Origin: Flaccisagitta enflata
Lineage: Eukaryota
NCBI GenBank assembly: GCA_965153355.1
Contig: OZ231126.1
Location: forward strand, 31,930,001-31,994,000
Reading direction: 5' to 3'
Length of the DNA: 64,000 bases
The first letter of the stretch is position 1, and each line of letters opens with the position of its first letter. The notes below the pieces were generated by a model. It searched no databases, was not told the origin of the DNA, and worked only from the letters and a program-made list of their open reading frames with translations. Position numbers and translations under genes: made by a program. Shown here one piece after another: positions 50,101 to 64,000 of this stretch.

Positions 50101-51794
50101 ATTCATGAGATAAAGAAAGATTTTATGTGCTCTTTAAAATGCCGCCAAGTGCGATCTTTTATCTTTTCTGGTTTAGAAATGACATTCTTTTACTCAAACT
50201 TCGCCAATATTTGCAAACTTGTTACTTTGTTGTATTTCAACCGATTTTGATGGAATTCATGATGAAAAGAAAGGATTTTTTGTGCTTTTCAAAATGGCGC
50301 CAAGCACGATCTTCTATCTTTATTTGTTGAGAAGCAGTAAGCTTCCAAAGTTAGGAGTGAAATTGATGTGATTGTAAGAGTTCACTCAAACTTCATCTAA
50401 GTTTGCAAGCTTGTTACTTCGTTGTTTTTTAACCAATTTAGATGAAATTCATGAGGAAAAGAAATGATTTTTTGTGTTCTTTAAAATGGCGCCAAGCGCG
50501 GTTTTCTATCTCTATTCGTTTAGAAGCAGTAAGTTTCCAAAGTTAGGGTGAAATTGATGTAATTACAATAATTCACTCAAAGTTCATCCAAGTTTGCAAG
50601 CTTGTAACATCATTGTTTTTCAACCAATTTAGATGAAATTCATGAGGTAAAGAAGGGATTTTTTGTGTTCTTTAAAATGGCGCCAAGCGGTTTTCTATCT
50701 CTATTCGTTTAGAAGCAGTAAGTTTCCAAAGTTAGGGGTGAAATTGATGTAATTACAACAATTCACTCAAAGTTCATCCAAGTTTGCAAGCTTATCACAT
50801 CATTGTTTTTCAACCAATTTAGATGAAATTCATGAGGTAAAGAAAGGATTTTTTGTGCTCTTTAAATCGGCGCCAAGCGCGATCTTCTATCTTTATTCGT
50901 TTAGAAGCAGTAAGCTTCCAAAGTTGAGGGTGCCATTGATCCCTTGCAATATTGATATCATGGTTTTTGATCACCAAAATGAGGAATGCGCGAGTGGCAA
51001 ATTGCGCTGGTGATCCCATTCTCGGCCCTGGGGGCTTCAGTCTATATATATAGAAAGAAAAGCACTCCTGGCTGGGGTCCCAAAATGGATAATAACGGAG
51101 ATACCGATTTCTAATGAACATTACATTCATACATTGTACTTAAAATACATAGGTAACAACAGTCCGCAGCGGTGAAATCAAATTCAATTCTCTAAATTTC
51201 ATTCTGCAGCATCAAGCCCAATTTGAACCGAGTTTCGAAGACGCAGCAGAAATTGGCGCGGATGCAGGAGCAACACAAAGGATCGCAGAATCCCAATTTC
51301 ACCGCCAACTTGCGCCAAGTCGACAAATTTACCAACGAGTTGTCCAAGGGCCTCAAAGACGAGGTAGCGGGGCAGTTCTGCCCACCGATGCATGCATCCG
51401 ATCACAATTCTGGATGCGTTTTCAAACGCTCGACATCAAGGGTCTTTAAATGCATTGATCCGTGAAATACATATAGCTATGTCTATTTTGTGCGTAACTG
51501 CTACTGGAGAAGCTAGTGAAGCCGTTAAGCATTCAACGCTTTCGTACATATTGCTAGGATAAACGACAAAAACAAGTCTTACGGGTGGAAAAGAGCGGTA
51601 ATGCGCTTTGTCCCACTGTTTGACTCGATTTTTACGGACACATGAGGGACGAACAACCTCCTAAAGGAGTCCGCGACTAAAGACACATTTTATCTCTCTC
51701 GCAGGAATCGTCTGAGACGCCCGAGTGGCATCGATCGAAAAGCGTCAAAAGAACAAAGTCCAATACGCGCATTCCAGAGGAGGAAACCGCCTGA
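42923..51794 (+). CDS. TnI: Troponin I with long Glu/Arg-rich N-terminal extension, about 404 aa (exons 42923-42987, 45949-46041, 46554-47052, 47326-47497, 47653-47794, 51210-51363, 51705-51794)
   Basis: FKLTPERRRKLKLLIMKKAMEDLK, YDLE...DYEINE...NDIKGKFIKPNLNRVSK, NFTANLRQV and PEW. All junctions are GT-AG and phase-consistent. Confidence 0.92.
43599..44569. mobile_element. Non-autonomous TIR element (971 bp) with TA TSD, inserted in a dispersed repeat in TnI intron 1
   Basis: TA|ACAATGGAAAAAAAAACCGGAC ... GTCCGGTTTTTTTTTTGCCATTGT|TA. The empty paralogous site GTGCTCATAAACATG is at about 45193. Confidence 0.85.
47885..51047. mobile_element. TIR-bounded element in TnI intron 5 whose arms carry ~190-bp tandem units in opposite orientations; nested HINE copies and a 20-bp array (GGCTGGGATTTGAGCCTCAA, 49310-49830)
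   Basis: TGAAGTCCCCGAGGCCGAG (left) versus CTCGGCCCTGGGGGCTTCA (right). The GGCGCCATTTTAAAGAACAC unit recurs at 190-bp spacing and is inverted in the right arm. Confidence 0.6.
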
Positions 51795-52417
51795 ATTTCC
51801 AGGGCGACGAAGTTCAAACATGTGTGCGCACGAATGCATGAAGTAGTACTCCCGTGAGAAACCACTTTGAGCGCGCAAATGCACTACCATATTATTTCCT
51901 CCGCCTTCCAGATTGGAAGTCCTTGTTTTTTTGTTTTTTAAACACGCCATAAATTGTCGTTGAGAGAGAACCTTCATTCGGATTTCGATGTTGCATGACT
52001 GTATATTTCGTATCCATTAAAATAGTGTTTCTACAGTGATTTCGTTTTGGTCTTGAGGGATATCAGGCTGATTAATTCATTTCCACAGTTTATTGCATAC
52101 TTTTGGCGAAAATTGATCTTGTGAGGTTCGAGGTTTAGAAGAGAGACCGAAGCTGGACGACGCCCGACATGAAGTCCCGCACATGATTCTTCCATTGCCG
52201 TCTTTTTCAGATGGTTAATGGTTCCAACGATTTACGCAACGAGCTTTATCTGATATGACAATATCAGACTGTCAGTGAACCACTCGGACACCTGACTTGT
52301 TGGTTGCTCACAGCTCTCGAGATCATTCGCAGAACCACATTCGGAAAACAAAAGCCATGTCTTAAATCCTCGTCCGGGTACAAGCAGCTACACTTTTCAT
52401 TTGGCTCGATTTAACAA

Positions 52418-54996
52418 TAGCTGTCTTATTTTTGAGCAGTTGGAGCAGTGGCTAGCCACTGCCCAATGGGCAGTGGGCAGTGGGGAATGGGGAGTGGGCA
52501 GTGGGGAGTAGGCAGTGGGAAATGGTTGGATGGTAGTGGGGAGTGGTTGGAGGACAGTGGAGAGAAGGCACTGGGCAGTAATAAGGTAAAGTAAGGAGTG
52601 GGCAAAAGGAAGTGGAGAGTGTGTGGTGGATAGATTTAGTTAACCACGTACCCTAAGCAAAAAATTGATTAACTGAGTGAGACATAACTATGACATACCT
52701 GAGATTTTTTTTTTTCATTCATGGTGGGATTCACCAACACCATGACATTTTCTTCAAGAAACCTTAAAAGGGAAGCTACCTTGAAATGGAAACAGAACTC
52801 TTGCCAATTGAACGAAGGAGAGATTTGAGGGAAAAGTCGCTGTAATTGATTCGAGTCAACTGAATGCAGCAGCGGTGCTGCGACGCAGTGGCGTGGTGAT
52901 ACGCGAAGCTGCAGCAATGCGCGAGGCTGCGGCGATGAACGATGTGGTGATTTCAGAGCGATGGGAAAGGCACAAACAAAAGTTCGGTTTCGTACCCTGA
53001 ATAAAAACGGAAAAATCTAAAAAAACCAGTACAATGCAATCACGTGCCCACAACCTAACCTCAACCCTAAACTTAATCTCAACCCTAACCTCAACCCTAA
53101 ACCTAACCTCAACCCTTAACCTAACCTCAACCCTTAACCTAACCTCAACCCTAAACCTAACCTCAACCCTAAACCTAACTCCAACCCTAAACCTAACTCT
53201 AACCCTAAACCTAACTCCAACCCTAAACCTAACTCCAACCCTAAACCTAACTCCAACCCTAAACCTAACTCCAACCCTAAACCTAACTCCAACCCTAAAC
53301 CTAACTCCAACCCTAAACCTAACTCCAACCCTAAACCTAACTCCAACCCTAAACCTAACTCCAACCCTAAACCTAACTCCAACCCTAAACCTAACTCAAA
53401 CCTTAACCTAACCTCAAACCTAAATCTAACCTCAACCCTAAATCTAACCTCAACCCTAAACCTAACCTCAACCCTAAACCTAACCTCAACCCTAAACCTA
53501 ACCTCAACCCTAAACCTAATCTCAACCCTAAACCTAATCTCAACCCTAAACCTAACCTCAACCCTAAACCTAACCTCAACCCTAAACCTAACCTCAACCC
53601 TAAACCTAACCTCAACCCTAAACCTAACCTCAACCCTAAACCTAAACTCAACCCTAAACCTAAACTCAACCCTAAACCTAACCTCAACCCTAAACATAAC
53701 CTCAGCCCTAAACCTAACCTCAACCCTAAACCTAACCTCAACCCTAAACCTAACCTCTACCTTAAACTTAGCCTCAACCCCAAATCCCTTTCTTTTACCT
53801 ATTTCCACGGTGACGCGAAGATGAGATAGGATAAGAAGTTGAAAAAATGCTAAGATGGGATGCGAAGAGAATAGCGAGGTCCAAATGTAAAGAGAAAACT
53901 GCAGGCAAAATCGTCATTGAAGCGGCGCAAAACGGAGCTCGAAGGGGATAGGAAAACCTGGACTAAGATGTTATCAGCTATAATCCTAATTTCCTGCAAC
54001 TAAAATTGGGATATTAGCAGGTAGTTGGGAGAAGCGAGTAGTGGCAAGTGGAGTAAGGAGTTGGCAGTGAGGAGTGGGTAGTGGCAAGTGGAGTAAGGAG
54101 TTGGCAGTGAGGAGTGGGGAGTGGTAAGTGGGGAGTGGCAAGTGGGGAGTGGCAAATGGGGAGTGGCAAGTGGGGAATGGCAAGTGGGGAGTGGCAAGTG
54201 GGGAGTGGCAAGTGGGGAGTGGCAAGTGGGGAGTGGCAAGTGGGGAGTTGCAAGTGGATTTCCTTTGAGTATAATCAAATCCTCCAAACCACAGTTGAGA
54301 CCATCCTCCAAACCACAGTTGAGACCATCAAGGTGAAATAAAACCATCAAATGATAATCAATATGACAATATAAATATAGCTATGAAATTTAGACAAGAC
54401 TATTAAGAATAACTGAAAATCAAACTAACGAAAAGAACGTTATCATAAATTATAAATATATTAATGACTGTCTGCAATATGCAAATGAGATTCCGGCGAA
54501 TCTCCTTTGCTTACCAGTTCTACTCTGCCACAGCAAGTGGGGAATAGGGAGTGGCAAGTAGGGAGTGGCAAGTGGGGAATAGGGAATAGCAAGTAGGGAG
54601 TGGCAAATGAGGAGTGGCAAGTAGGGAGTGGCAAGTGGGGAGTGGCAAGTGGGGAGTGGCTATTGGGGAGTGGCAATTGGGGAGTGGCAAGTAGGGAGTG
54701 GCAAGTAGGGAGTGGCAAGTAGGGAGTGGCAAGTGAGGAGTGGCAAGTGAGGAGTGGCAAGTGGGGAGTGGCAAGTGGGGAGTGGCAAGTGGCAAGTGGG
54801 GAGTGGCAAGTGGGGAGTGGCAAGTGGGGAGTAGCAAGTGGGGAGTGGCAAGTGGCAAGTCGGTAGTGGCGAGTGGAATAGGACCAGTGGGCAATGGTGT
54901 AATTAACAGTGACAACAATAAACTTTATATAGTATCAGACTCCACTGCCCACTCCCCACTTGCCACTCCTGCCACTGATTAAGAATAAGACAGCTA
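52418..54996. mobile_element. Probable TIR element with G-rich 13-bp arrays (GTGGCAAGTGGGGA) and an 18-bp AACCTCAACCCTAAACCT array (53050-53780)
   Basis: 13-bp TIR TAGCTGTCTTATT / AATAAGACAGCTA with visible tandem arrays inside. Confidence 0.5.
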
Positions 54997-55065
54997 TCCT
55001 TTACTTTACCCAAAATGGGCTAGTGTAGTGGCATTGCATTATCATTGCATTATCAAAGTTAACCT

Positions 55066-55237
55066 CTTGAGCCGAGGTTGAGCCGCGGTTGAGCCGCGGT
55101 TGAGCCGCGGTTGAGCCAAGGTTGAGCCGAGGTTGAGCCGAGGTTGAGCCGAGGTTGGGCCCAGGGTGAGCCCAGGGTGAGCCCAGGTTAAGCCCAGGTT
55201 AAGCCCAGGTTAAGCCCAGGTTGAGCCCAGGTTGAGT
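55066..55237. repeat. 11-bp tandem repeat GTTGAGCCGNG
   Basis: Visible array. Confidence 0.9.
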
Positions 55238-57038
55238 CATTCTTACGAATTCAGACGCTCCTAAAAGAAAAATAGAGACATTTGGTAAAAACCACTAAAA
55301 TGGTGCATGGTGTGAGGATATGGTCGAGGCTTGTAAAATCAAATTACAATCTTTAGAAATCCTGATTCTTGGGCCCTAGAAATTAGTTTACCAAAAAGGC
55401 GGCTCTCGCCGTAGGAAAAAAGTGCGGGGTTTGGAAATTTTTTGTGATTGTGTTTTGTCTGGTTGATTGCCTTTTTTTTCTCCGGGCATCTTTTTGGGTT
55501 GTTCCACTCTCTACATGTGTTTCTCTGTTTGTTCTCTGTTTGTTCTTTGTTTGCCCTCTCTTTCTCTCTCCCATTCTGATTTTTTCTCTCCCCTTCTCTC
55601 TCTCTCTCCCCTTCCATCATGTAACACGGGGTTGCAATATCGTTGCGGACAGGTGGACAGAGGCATCCAACCCCAATCCACACCCTAGCCTCAACCCCCA
55701 CACACAATCATCTAGACCGCTTGTTTTTCCACTTTTCCACTTGGACGGACAGACGGACCATCAGACCAATGAATGGACTGACGGACAAAGCCTCTCATAG
55801 CGTCCAGAGTTTAAATGAGATAGAGACTGTGCTGCCAGGATATACAAACATCCCCTGGGACAAATCAAAGTTTAAATAGACTTCAACTAACTCGATTCCA
55901 CATTTTTGGGAAAAATGCGAAAAACGCGAAAAAAAAAAATTGAAAAATCATAGCTCCAAAACTATTGATCGCACAGAATTCTGCTTCGCGTCATCTGAAA
56001 AAGGAGAATTAGCTATTTCTTAACTATTAATTTCATGCGTAGTCCCCTTTGGGTGCTTCACATAGCAAAAGTTGCTTATTTCTTTTCATCCTCTTTACCT
56101 AATGTGGAGTGGTCAATTTTAGGACCCTTACCATTTTTCTTTCATCAAAAATCGTTCATCTTCCATTTTTTAGAAAATTGTTTTTGAGAGCCAAATTTGT
56201 ATATTGCAGTGGGATAAAACAATATGCTGATCTTATTTGAATTAGCTTTTACAAATTTATATTTTTTATAGAATTTTTAATCTGCCATTTCACGAGCTCT
56301 TTTGTAATTTATGCTCTGATATTTTAATTTATTTTCACAAAAATCAAGATTTTCTTTAACTAACAATTGGTCCTTTTGTAACAATACTACACAGGATTTT
56401 GTTGAATTCTGGGAAACCAGAGGAAACTTCAAGGCCAAAACAAAAATGGAAGATGAAGGAATTTTGAGAATAAAAAAACGGTAATCTTCATGATTTTTTT
56501 CACTCCATATTGGGTTAGCGGGACGAAAAGAAAATCAAATTTTTTTCTATGCGAAGCACCCAATAGTCCCATTCTGCCCCCAAAATATATCAACTTTCTC
56601 AAACGACTCAAAAAACAAGAGAAATCCGTTTTTCTCTGCAGGACTCAAAAAGACCGAAGGGACTTCATCTCTTCGACTTTTTTCCAAATGATTATCAAAC
56701 TTTTTAGATTACTAAAGGTACAAGAGGCGAAAAGAGGACTAGTCAATCGGTAAAATTATGACCAGTTAGGACGACAAAACAGTAAAAATTTCAGCTCACC
56801 ATGGTGTTGGGGACGATGATGTGCAGACGGTTAAACCGAAACAAAATGATTTGCACAGCTCAGAGACACTAGGACAGTCTGCGCACGGCGTTGTCTTCCA
56901 ATCACGCTGCCGCCTCACAAATACGAAGCGTGGCGACGACGCATTGATTGGTTAGATTGTTTACGTGACTGACATGACTCGCGTTATAAACATTCACATA
57001 TCGCCCTGTGATAAGGCAGCGTGAACATTGCACAAGCG

Positions 57039-58109
57039 TTAGGTTCCACTCGTAACAGAATCTAATGTTTCACTAATCCAAGATTTCACTTGTGAAAACA
57101 ATCCCGCCACATCCTTCATATGTCGCCCCAAACTGGGTTCTTCGGAATCACGGCCACTTTGACGCTCGGTAACGTCATTCACTCCGAATAAATAACTCCA
57201 TCCGAGATACATCAACGACAACGTGAACGATACCGACCAAGTTTCTTTCAAAACGCACCACAACACTTTGAACAAACATTTTATCGGGAAAAATAAAAGC
57301 AAACAAGCCGCTCTCCTCGTGGAAGAAAGTAGAAATGAGAGGGACCGAACGGGAAGGTAGAAGACAAGCTGAGTCAGGACCATTACGATCTGCCTAGCTT
57401 TCATGACGGTTCCTCCGTGTCGATGAAGAACCCAAAAGTCTTTTAATAGGACGTCAGTCCACCAGACGGCGATGGATAAAGCGACCAACGGCTGCACGAC
57501 CGTCGACACGTTTCCGATGTCCATACCAAGCCCGAAGACGAGGCTGGTTTTAATCAGCATCTGCGGTGAAATGGCAAATTAGAAGTAAATTAAATCAACA
57601 TGGCACAAATCTCCTTAGGTCCTTGTCGACGAATGGCTCTTCAACCATAAAGCGATGAACCATAACTAACAAATCACGATAGTCGATAAGAGTAAGCAAT
57701 ACAATGAGCTTATGTAGTGTTTCTTTCATTCATAACCTACTCTCGCTAGCTTGGGCTCAAGGCGCAGTGAAATCGCCTCTGATCAACCGCATTTTAGCAC
57801 TCGCTTGCCATTCGCATTTCAATTCAGCCATCATTCAGCTATCAATCGGCTCTCTAATCCAACATTCTACAGAAAGTACACTAGGGAGATTTGTACCTGC
57901 AACGCGAACCATCCTGTCATAAACGCGGCGAGGCTGACAACGAATACTATGACGCATTTGAAAAGCGGAATCCACGGCAGAATCGGGATCCTGTCAACCC
58001 GATTGGCCACGGTCTCGACGAGGCAGAAGTAAACCAATGCGCAGCTCAGCTCCACCACGTGAAAACGCGAAATGAAATCTTTCAGGGAATCTCCGTCACT
58101 TGAAGACAT
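57039..58109 (-). CDS. Uncharacterised multi-pass membrane protein, 244 aa (exons 58109-57897, 57560-57039)
   Basis: Two non-repetitive hydrophobic ORFs joined by a phase-0 CAG|GTACAA ... CCGCAG|ATG intron. No recognisable family motif. Confidence 0.6.
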
Positions 58110-59701
58110 TCAGTCAAACGGGAATATCAAAATGGGGAAATGGCGGATTAAATCTTCAATAATGGATTCTGCGTCGCCGATTGATATAGTAGTCTGTCCA
58201 TTGAGAATGTTGAAAATGGCAAATGGCTATTGAGGGATGAAACCGTCTACAGATTTGAACGAGAGGCCTCCACTTGCAGAAAGATAACTGTAGCAGCCCC
58301 CCTAGAGCCCATTATGTTGAAGCTAGGGGTATGATTGAGGTATCATTTGTTGAAAGCTTATGAGAATACAAATGACGCCATCGGAGGGTTTTTTGAATTT
58401 TGTTCCCTAGCTCAAGTTATAGCTCTTCAAAGTACTAAATTTAGCTTTTCTTAAATAACCCCAAAAAAGTCAATTTTTACACCTTTTAAGGGCTGTAGTT
58501 TTAGTAAGGGCTCAAAACTAAAAAAAAACCGCTCTGACGGCGCCATTTGTATTCTGTTAAGCTATCAAATGATACCTCAATCCAGGGTGGCAGAAAATTC
58601 TATAGGTCCGAGGCACGCTTTTTTCCCAACGCTATAAGTCCGACTTTCGGTGTTCCCCTTGTAATATCACATACCATCAGATTTATCATGTTTTTTTGCC
58701 TTCTTACCCATGAGCAAAGCTAAACAAAGACGTCTAGTAGATAAGCAAGGACAATTTGAAAAATGGATTTTCAATTTCAACAAAAAATACAGTTGACTTC
58801 TGTAGAAATGACTGACATTGCCTTTTGGTTCAATTCAATGTCCTACTTCTTAAATACAATGTGATTCAATAAAATAGGGAAAAGAATTTAAACTTCGAAA
58901 ATGAAATTGATTGAAAAAAAATTCAGACTCAAATTGATACAGATTCTATTCAAAAGCAAGATCAGATGTCTAGGCCTAAGAAATGATCTCAAACTCATAG
59001 GTTAGATTGAGAAAGTTTGTTTTTCTGAATGTGTTTTATGGAAAACTTGGGGTGGTGCGCTTAATAAGTAGTCAGCGGGGGTTCTCAAGGCCCTCTCCCA
59101 TTTATTTCAGTTTGGGTATGGTGAAGGATATTGTTCCACTTGTCATACAACTCCCCTAATTTTCAAGAACAAGGCCAGTTATGGCCAATAAGTGCACGCG
59201 CCTCGCTTGATTAAGAATTTGGAAATGAACATTTTTGATGAATGAATGAATGTATGAAAATGAATGTGGTACAGCATGAGAGGTGATAGGAATGAAGAAA
59301 ACGTCAGGATCAGCCGTTTTGCACATTTCAAATGTTTGCGTTACCGACCAACCTACCAATCCACCAACCGATGGACATGACCTCTTATAGAAGTGCGAGG
59401 ACGCACCTAAAAATATTCTGTAAGCAAAAACAGGGATTAGAAATGATCATTCCCAATATGAAATTAACTTAAATTTTGCTGATAATTGCTAATTTGACAA
59501 TTTGTGGCCCCAAGTGTTGGCAAGTGAATTTAACTTGTGATGTAAACAAGGCCAAGTAGGCCAAGTAGGCAAAGTAGGTGCGCCGTGTGGTTCATCAAAC
59601 ATTTGCGTTACTGACTAATAATCGACCAATCAATCAACCGACTAACCAATGGACACGGCTCCAGCTTTAGCGCACTTAAAAACATCGTTTTTACTCTTCA
59701 G

Positions 59702-59761
<60 letters not shown>

Positions 59762-61093
59762 CTCTCTCTTTCTCTCTTTTTCCCTCTTTTTTTTTTTCTT
59801 CTCCCTCTTTTTTTCTCTCCCTCGAATCTATAAGTCCGACTTTTGATCTATTGGTCCGAGGCACGACGTGCCCCGCGTGCCCCCGTTTCTGCCACCCTGC
59901 CTCAATCAAACTTGTAGCTTTAGTATACTACTACGCGAATAAAAAGAAAGCCGCACCCTTTTGTAGCTGAGTGGAAAAGACACAAAAATTAAATTTAAAA
60001 GTTTTTTTGTTCAACTGATTTTAAAGATTTTTGAATTTTTTTTCATTCTAGACCAACCCTAGGTCTGTATCTCAAACCGTTTAGGAGATAGAGCTTGCCA
60101 AAGTGAACCTCTTTTTTACAAAAATCCTTTTTTTTTCAATAGGATTGCAAAACTGATAATGGCAATGTTTTCACTCTTTTTTATGCCATTTCTAAACGAA
60201 TAAAGCTAGAAATACCAGATTGGAGCCAAATGAAAGATCTCTTTGAGATCTTCAAAATGGTCTAAGATTTTATTTAACTATTTTGAAATTTGATATGATA
60301 AATTGTCATATAAAAGTGCGGCTTTTTTTTCGCGTAGTAGGCTAAAGGGGGGCTGCTACAGTTTTCATGGGGGCCTCGCGTTCAATTACGCTCTGATCTG
60401 AAGAATATCCATGATTTTCGGTCTAAAAAAATTGCACTGTTACAATTACACCATGCCCGTCGCTGTCAGGCTCGCGGTTCCACACAACAAACTAAGGGTA
60501 TGCTGAGGGTTGATTCTAGTCGGGATTCAGCAGTAGAAAGGAGACAACGAGAGGGAAATAACGGCGCCAGTTTTGCTATCAAGCTATCTTAGTCGTACAA
60601 AATCCATACACATGTTCTTACACAATTCCTCGATTTGACGAAAAGATAATGCACAGAAAATTTGGACTGCGATCCATATTCATGGGGTATAATAAAAAAC
60701 AAAGACTTTCCGAAAGAAAACATTCATCGGTTGCATTCGTATTCTACAACCAGCAGAAAAAATTGAATCAATTTTTTTTTGCCTTTCTGGCAGACGCGGA
60801 AAAAAAGATGATTGACCTTTAAATTTGTAAGATTGGAAAAGTAACACAGAATATCAATTACCCTCGATCACCCGGTTGGTAGACGAAAAAATATATATAG
60901 TGTATTCGTATGTAGACGAGCTATCAGCTATAGTACTAGCGTATCACTAGGTAGAAGTATACAAAGCAAATTCCAGGGATGCGCAGGCGAAAGAAATCAA
61001 AAATCCGCATTTCATCTGTGCGGATTAATGCACACAGTAGCAAGTTAGTTTGCCGTCTTGTTATTGAAAGCGGTTCGCCGTTGCCACGGTTGA

Positions 61094-62705
61094 TCAGCGC
61101 CATTGTGGTTGTTGTGGATATGCGCCATATCCGGGAGCGGGGGGATAACCTGGAAAATGATGGAACAACAATTGAGTCAATTATACCGTAACTGTTGCCA
61201 TAAACGTCCGTCGGTGGGACACACTAAGCATTTTTTATGGTTCACGAGCTGTCTCTGGCATCACAGCCCCTGCCCATTAATTGCCAGCCCAAACAAGACA
61301 AGATTTGCCGTGTATACGGCCTCATCAAAAATCATTATGCCGATAACAAGATCGTGTTACCCCACCAGAATTCAAGTCGGGTCATTGGGTAGATGCGTTC
61401 GTGGATCTTCACAAGTCTTAAGTTGACCTGTCAGTCTCATCCTCATCAGTTTTGGCTCTCAACAAAATATCGACAAGGTCTTTTCCAACCAGTTCATAGC
61501 CTTGCGCCATCAGCCCAACTTTGGTTCAGCTGTGGACAATTCCAATCACCCCAAATCTTGTTTTCATTTCTTTGCCCATCAAATTTCTTACCTTGCCCAT
61601 ACGGTTGTTGTGGATATTGTGGTTGTTGAGGATAAGGCTGGGCGTATGGGTTGTATCCTGCTGGTTGAGGCGGCTGCGCTCCATAACCGTACGGGGGATT
61701 ACCATATGGAGCGTAGGGCATCGGTTGCTGGGGATACGCCGCTTGCGGGTAGGGAGCGTAGCCTGGGACAGTTGGAGGCGCCGCGTAAGGAGCCTGTGGT
61801 GCAGCGCCGGGTGCGGATGGCGCAGCCGCCGCGGCCGGCGCGGCAGGTGGCGCCCCCGGAGCGGAAGCGGGTGGAGCTGCGGCAGTGGCTGGAAGAAGAA
61901 AAGGGGTCATGATCGTGTGACCATGAAAATATGAATTGGAGATTATGCCGACTCGAAAAATCGAACGACAAGACCAAAATAATACTATGAAATGAAAAGC
62001 GAAATGCAAATCTGAAGTCTATTCTAACGCTAATTAACATGTACTTGTTACTTCTCAAAAGTTGAAATGGAAAGCAAAAAGCAAAATCAGTCCTCGGTTG
62101 TGACCCTACACACTCAGAAACAGTGGGTGATAGTAAGTCAGTATTTTAAGGTCCCGAAATCCCGTTACTCAGTGCAGAAAAAAGGAAAATGGTGATGATT
62201 TAACAGCAAACTAAAAGTCGCCAATTTTTCCGTCACGCGCGATGAAGAATTTCCAATTTAATAAGCTGTTGCGGAGCCAATTCACAGCAAGCTCGCAGAG
62301 AAGAATATGGGAGATAGAAGCTTGTCCTTACCCGGAGTGGAAACCCCGCTAGGGGGAGGGGCCGTCGTGACGCTGGGGGGTGGAGGGCGAGCAGGTGGGG
62401 TTGCTTGAGCCGGGGGATTTTGGTCCCCTTTGAGACCAGACGGAAAAAGAAAATACAGATGATCCAGCTGCACCGTAGTCTTAATACAGGTCTTAATAGA
62501 GCTCCGGCAACATATAAGACAGGAAAGAATTATGGACAGCTAAGGGATCTTTATTCTACCCTCATACAGATGTCTTAGATTTTAATTCACCTTGATAAGC
62601 AGGAGGTCTTGGAGGAGCCGCGGCTGGTTGTCTCGCGATATTGGCGTTTAAATCCTTCAACAGTTCCTCTTTCTCTGTCCGACGAGCGAAACAGAAATCT
62701 GTGAC
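61094..62705 (-). CDS. PDCD6IP: ALIX / programmed cell death 6-interacting protein, last four exons (62705-62591, 62427-62332, 61888-61592, 61149-61094); upstream exons lie outside the window
   Basis: DFCFARRTEKEELLKDLNANIARQP matches the end of the ALIX V-domain (FARKTERDELLKDL), followed by a P/Y/Q-rich tail with PARPPPP and GYNPY. Phase-consistent junctions. Confidence 0.88.
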
Positions 62706-62859
62706 CTGGAGCGAAAGACAAGTGTAAATTGGATGTTTTTTTTTTAAACGGGTATTCTAGGTACAGAATGTAAAATGTATTATCAGGAAAAAAGTCGGAG
62801 TCAGTCTTATTGACATATTTGAGAGAAACATGGTTTTCATTTTCTTTTTAGGAAATTGA

Positions 62860-63520
62860 GAATCTCATCCAGCTGATTGGGGCTTCCGATTAAATTTAGA
62901 GGGTAAGTAAATTGGATAATTCTCTTTTTCATTTGGCGCCAAGCAAAATTCTCTATGAAAAATGTTTTTCGAGTTATGATTTTTTAAAGATTTATTTACG
63001 AAATATCAAAATTGAATTTTTGTAGATTTATAAGGATTTTAAGCAGAATAGATTTATAAGGATTTTAAGCAGAATAAATAAAAGAGTGTATTTATGTTTG
63101 TTTGAGCATGCAAATACAGGAAAACATGTTTATGGGCACAGCTGCTCATTTGTGTGAGTGTTTTTTTAGCATTCTAGCTTCTTAAGCTCAGTTTTTTTTC
63201 AGATTTCAAATGCAATAAGTGAATATATATTTCGATATATGTTTAAGCAAGCAGATACAAAAAAAGCATGTCAGCGAGCCTAGCTGCTCATCTGTGAGGA
63301 TGTTTTTAAGTATTCTTGCTCGCTTAGCTCATTTAGCTCAGGATATTTTTCTATTTTAATGGGATAAACAAATAGATATTTTAATGTGAGCATATTGCAA
63401 GCACAGCTGACTGAGTGATTTTGAGCATTTTAGCTACACTAGCTCATTTGGCTCAGTCCTATCCTCCCAGATTTTCAGTGCAATTAATACATACAATTGC
63501 TCTGGATTTGATCTAACAAA
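62860..63520 (-). repeat. Inverted copy of the dispersed repeat found at about 43150-45470 (GAGCTAAATGAGCT family)
   Basis: Shared blocks such as TGAGCAGCTGTGCTCATAAACATGTTTTC in reverse complement. Confidence 0.75.
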
Positions 63521-63522
63521 TA

Positions 63523-63960
63523 CAGACAAAAGTGAAATACAAGAAGTTAACCCCCCAAAAACTGTAGCATCCCGACCTACAGCCTCAACCGCTGAATAAA
63601 AAAGGCATATAAAGTAGGGAATGGTAATTTATTCTAGATTTTTTGTAATGAAGTAATGTTGTCCAACTCCATATCAATACAATTAGCCTCATCAGAGCGA
63701 TTCTGGACTTTCATTCCAGCTTAAAAACTAGCTAAAAATAGCATTTTTTGAATTATACTAGATATGCAATTTTTCACAAGTTTTTTTAGTAATATCTCCA
63801 GAATAAGGATGAAATTCTAAAATCGCTCTGATGAGGCTAATTGTATTCATATAAGCTGCCATTCTCTATCTTATATGTCTTTCTTTACTCAGTGGTTGAA
63901 GCTGTAGGAGGGGCTGCTACAGTTTTTGGGGGTTAACTTCTTGTATTTCACTTTCGTCTG
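63523..63960. mobile_element. MITE (438 bp) with TA TSD
   Basis: TA|CAGACAAAAGTGAAATACAAGAAGTTAACCCCC ... GGGGGTTAACTTCTTGTATTTCACTTTCGTCTG|TA. Confidence 0.85.
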
Positions 63961-64000
63961 TAAAAAGATTTGCATTAACTGAAGTTTGGTTACAAAAGTT

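Noticed and set aside
53034-54918. Repetitive ORFs (VRFRVE, PLPTCHS)
   Set aside because: Translations of 18-bp and 13-bp tandem arrays.

Overview
Repeat-rich, AT-rich, intron-containing animal DNA (invertebrate; the troponin I sequence looks lophotrochozoan-like). Reconstructing exons by splice signals and phase gives five host genes: (1) a six-exon minus-strand gene (37915-27392, 676 aa) joining a ZCCHC24/ZAR1-type 3CxxC zinc-binding region, via a long basic disordered linker, to a complete DAP/DAPL1 module at its C-terminus (the most interesting observation); (2) the 5' half of F-box DNA helicase 1; (3) troponin I with a long Glu/Arg N-terminal extension; (4) an unknown multi-pass membrane protein; (5) the last four exons of ALIX/PDCD6IP. 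There is also an orphan ABC-transporter exon. A nearly intact DIRS1-like tyrosine-recombinase retrotransposon (about 6496-15438, minus strand) is split in its RT by a 3.6-kb TA-targeted DNA transposon. It shows an unusual layout: its ICR-like hairpin lies in a predicted spliceosomal intron of gag, not after the recombinase. The rest is MITEs, a hAT element, Helentron-like (HINE) elements carrying tandem arrays, a LINE 3' fragment and micro/minisatellites. All calls come from reading the sequence; no database searches were run.
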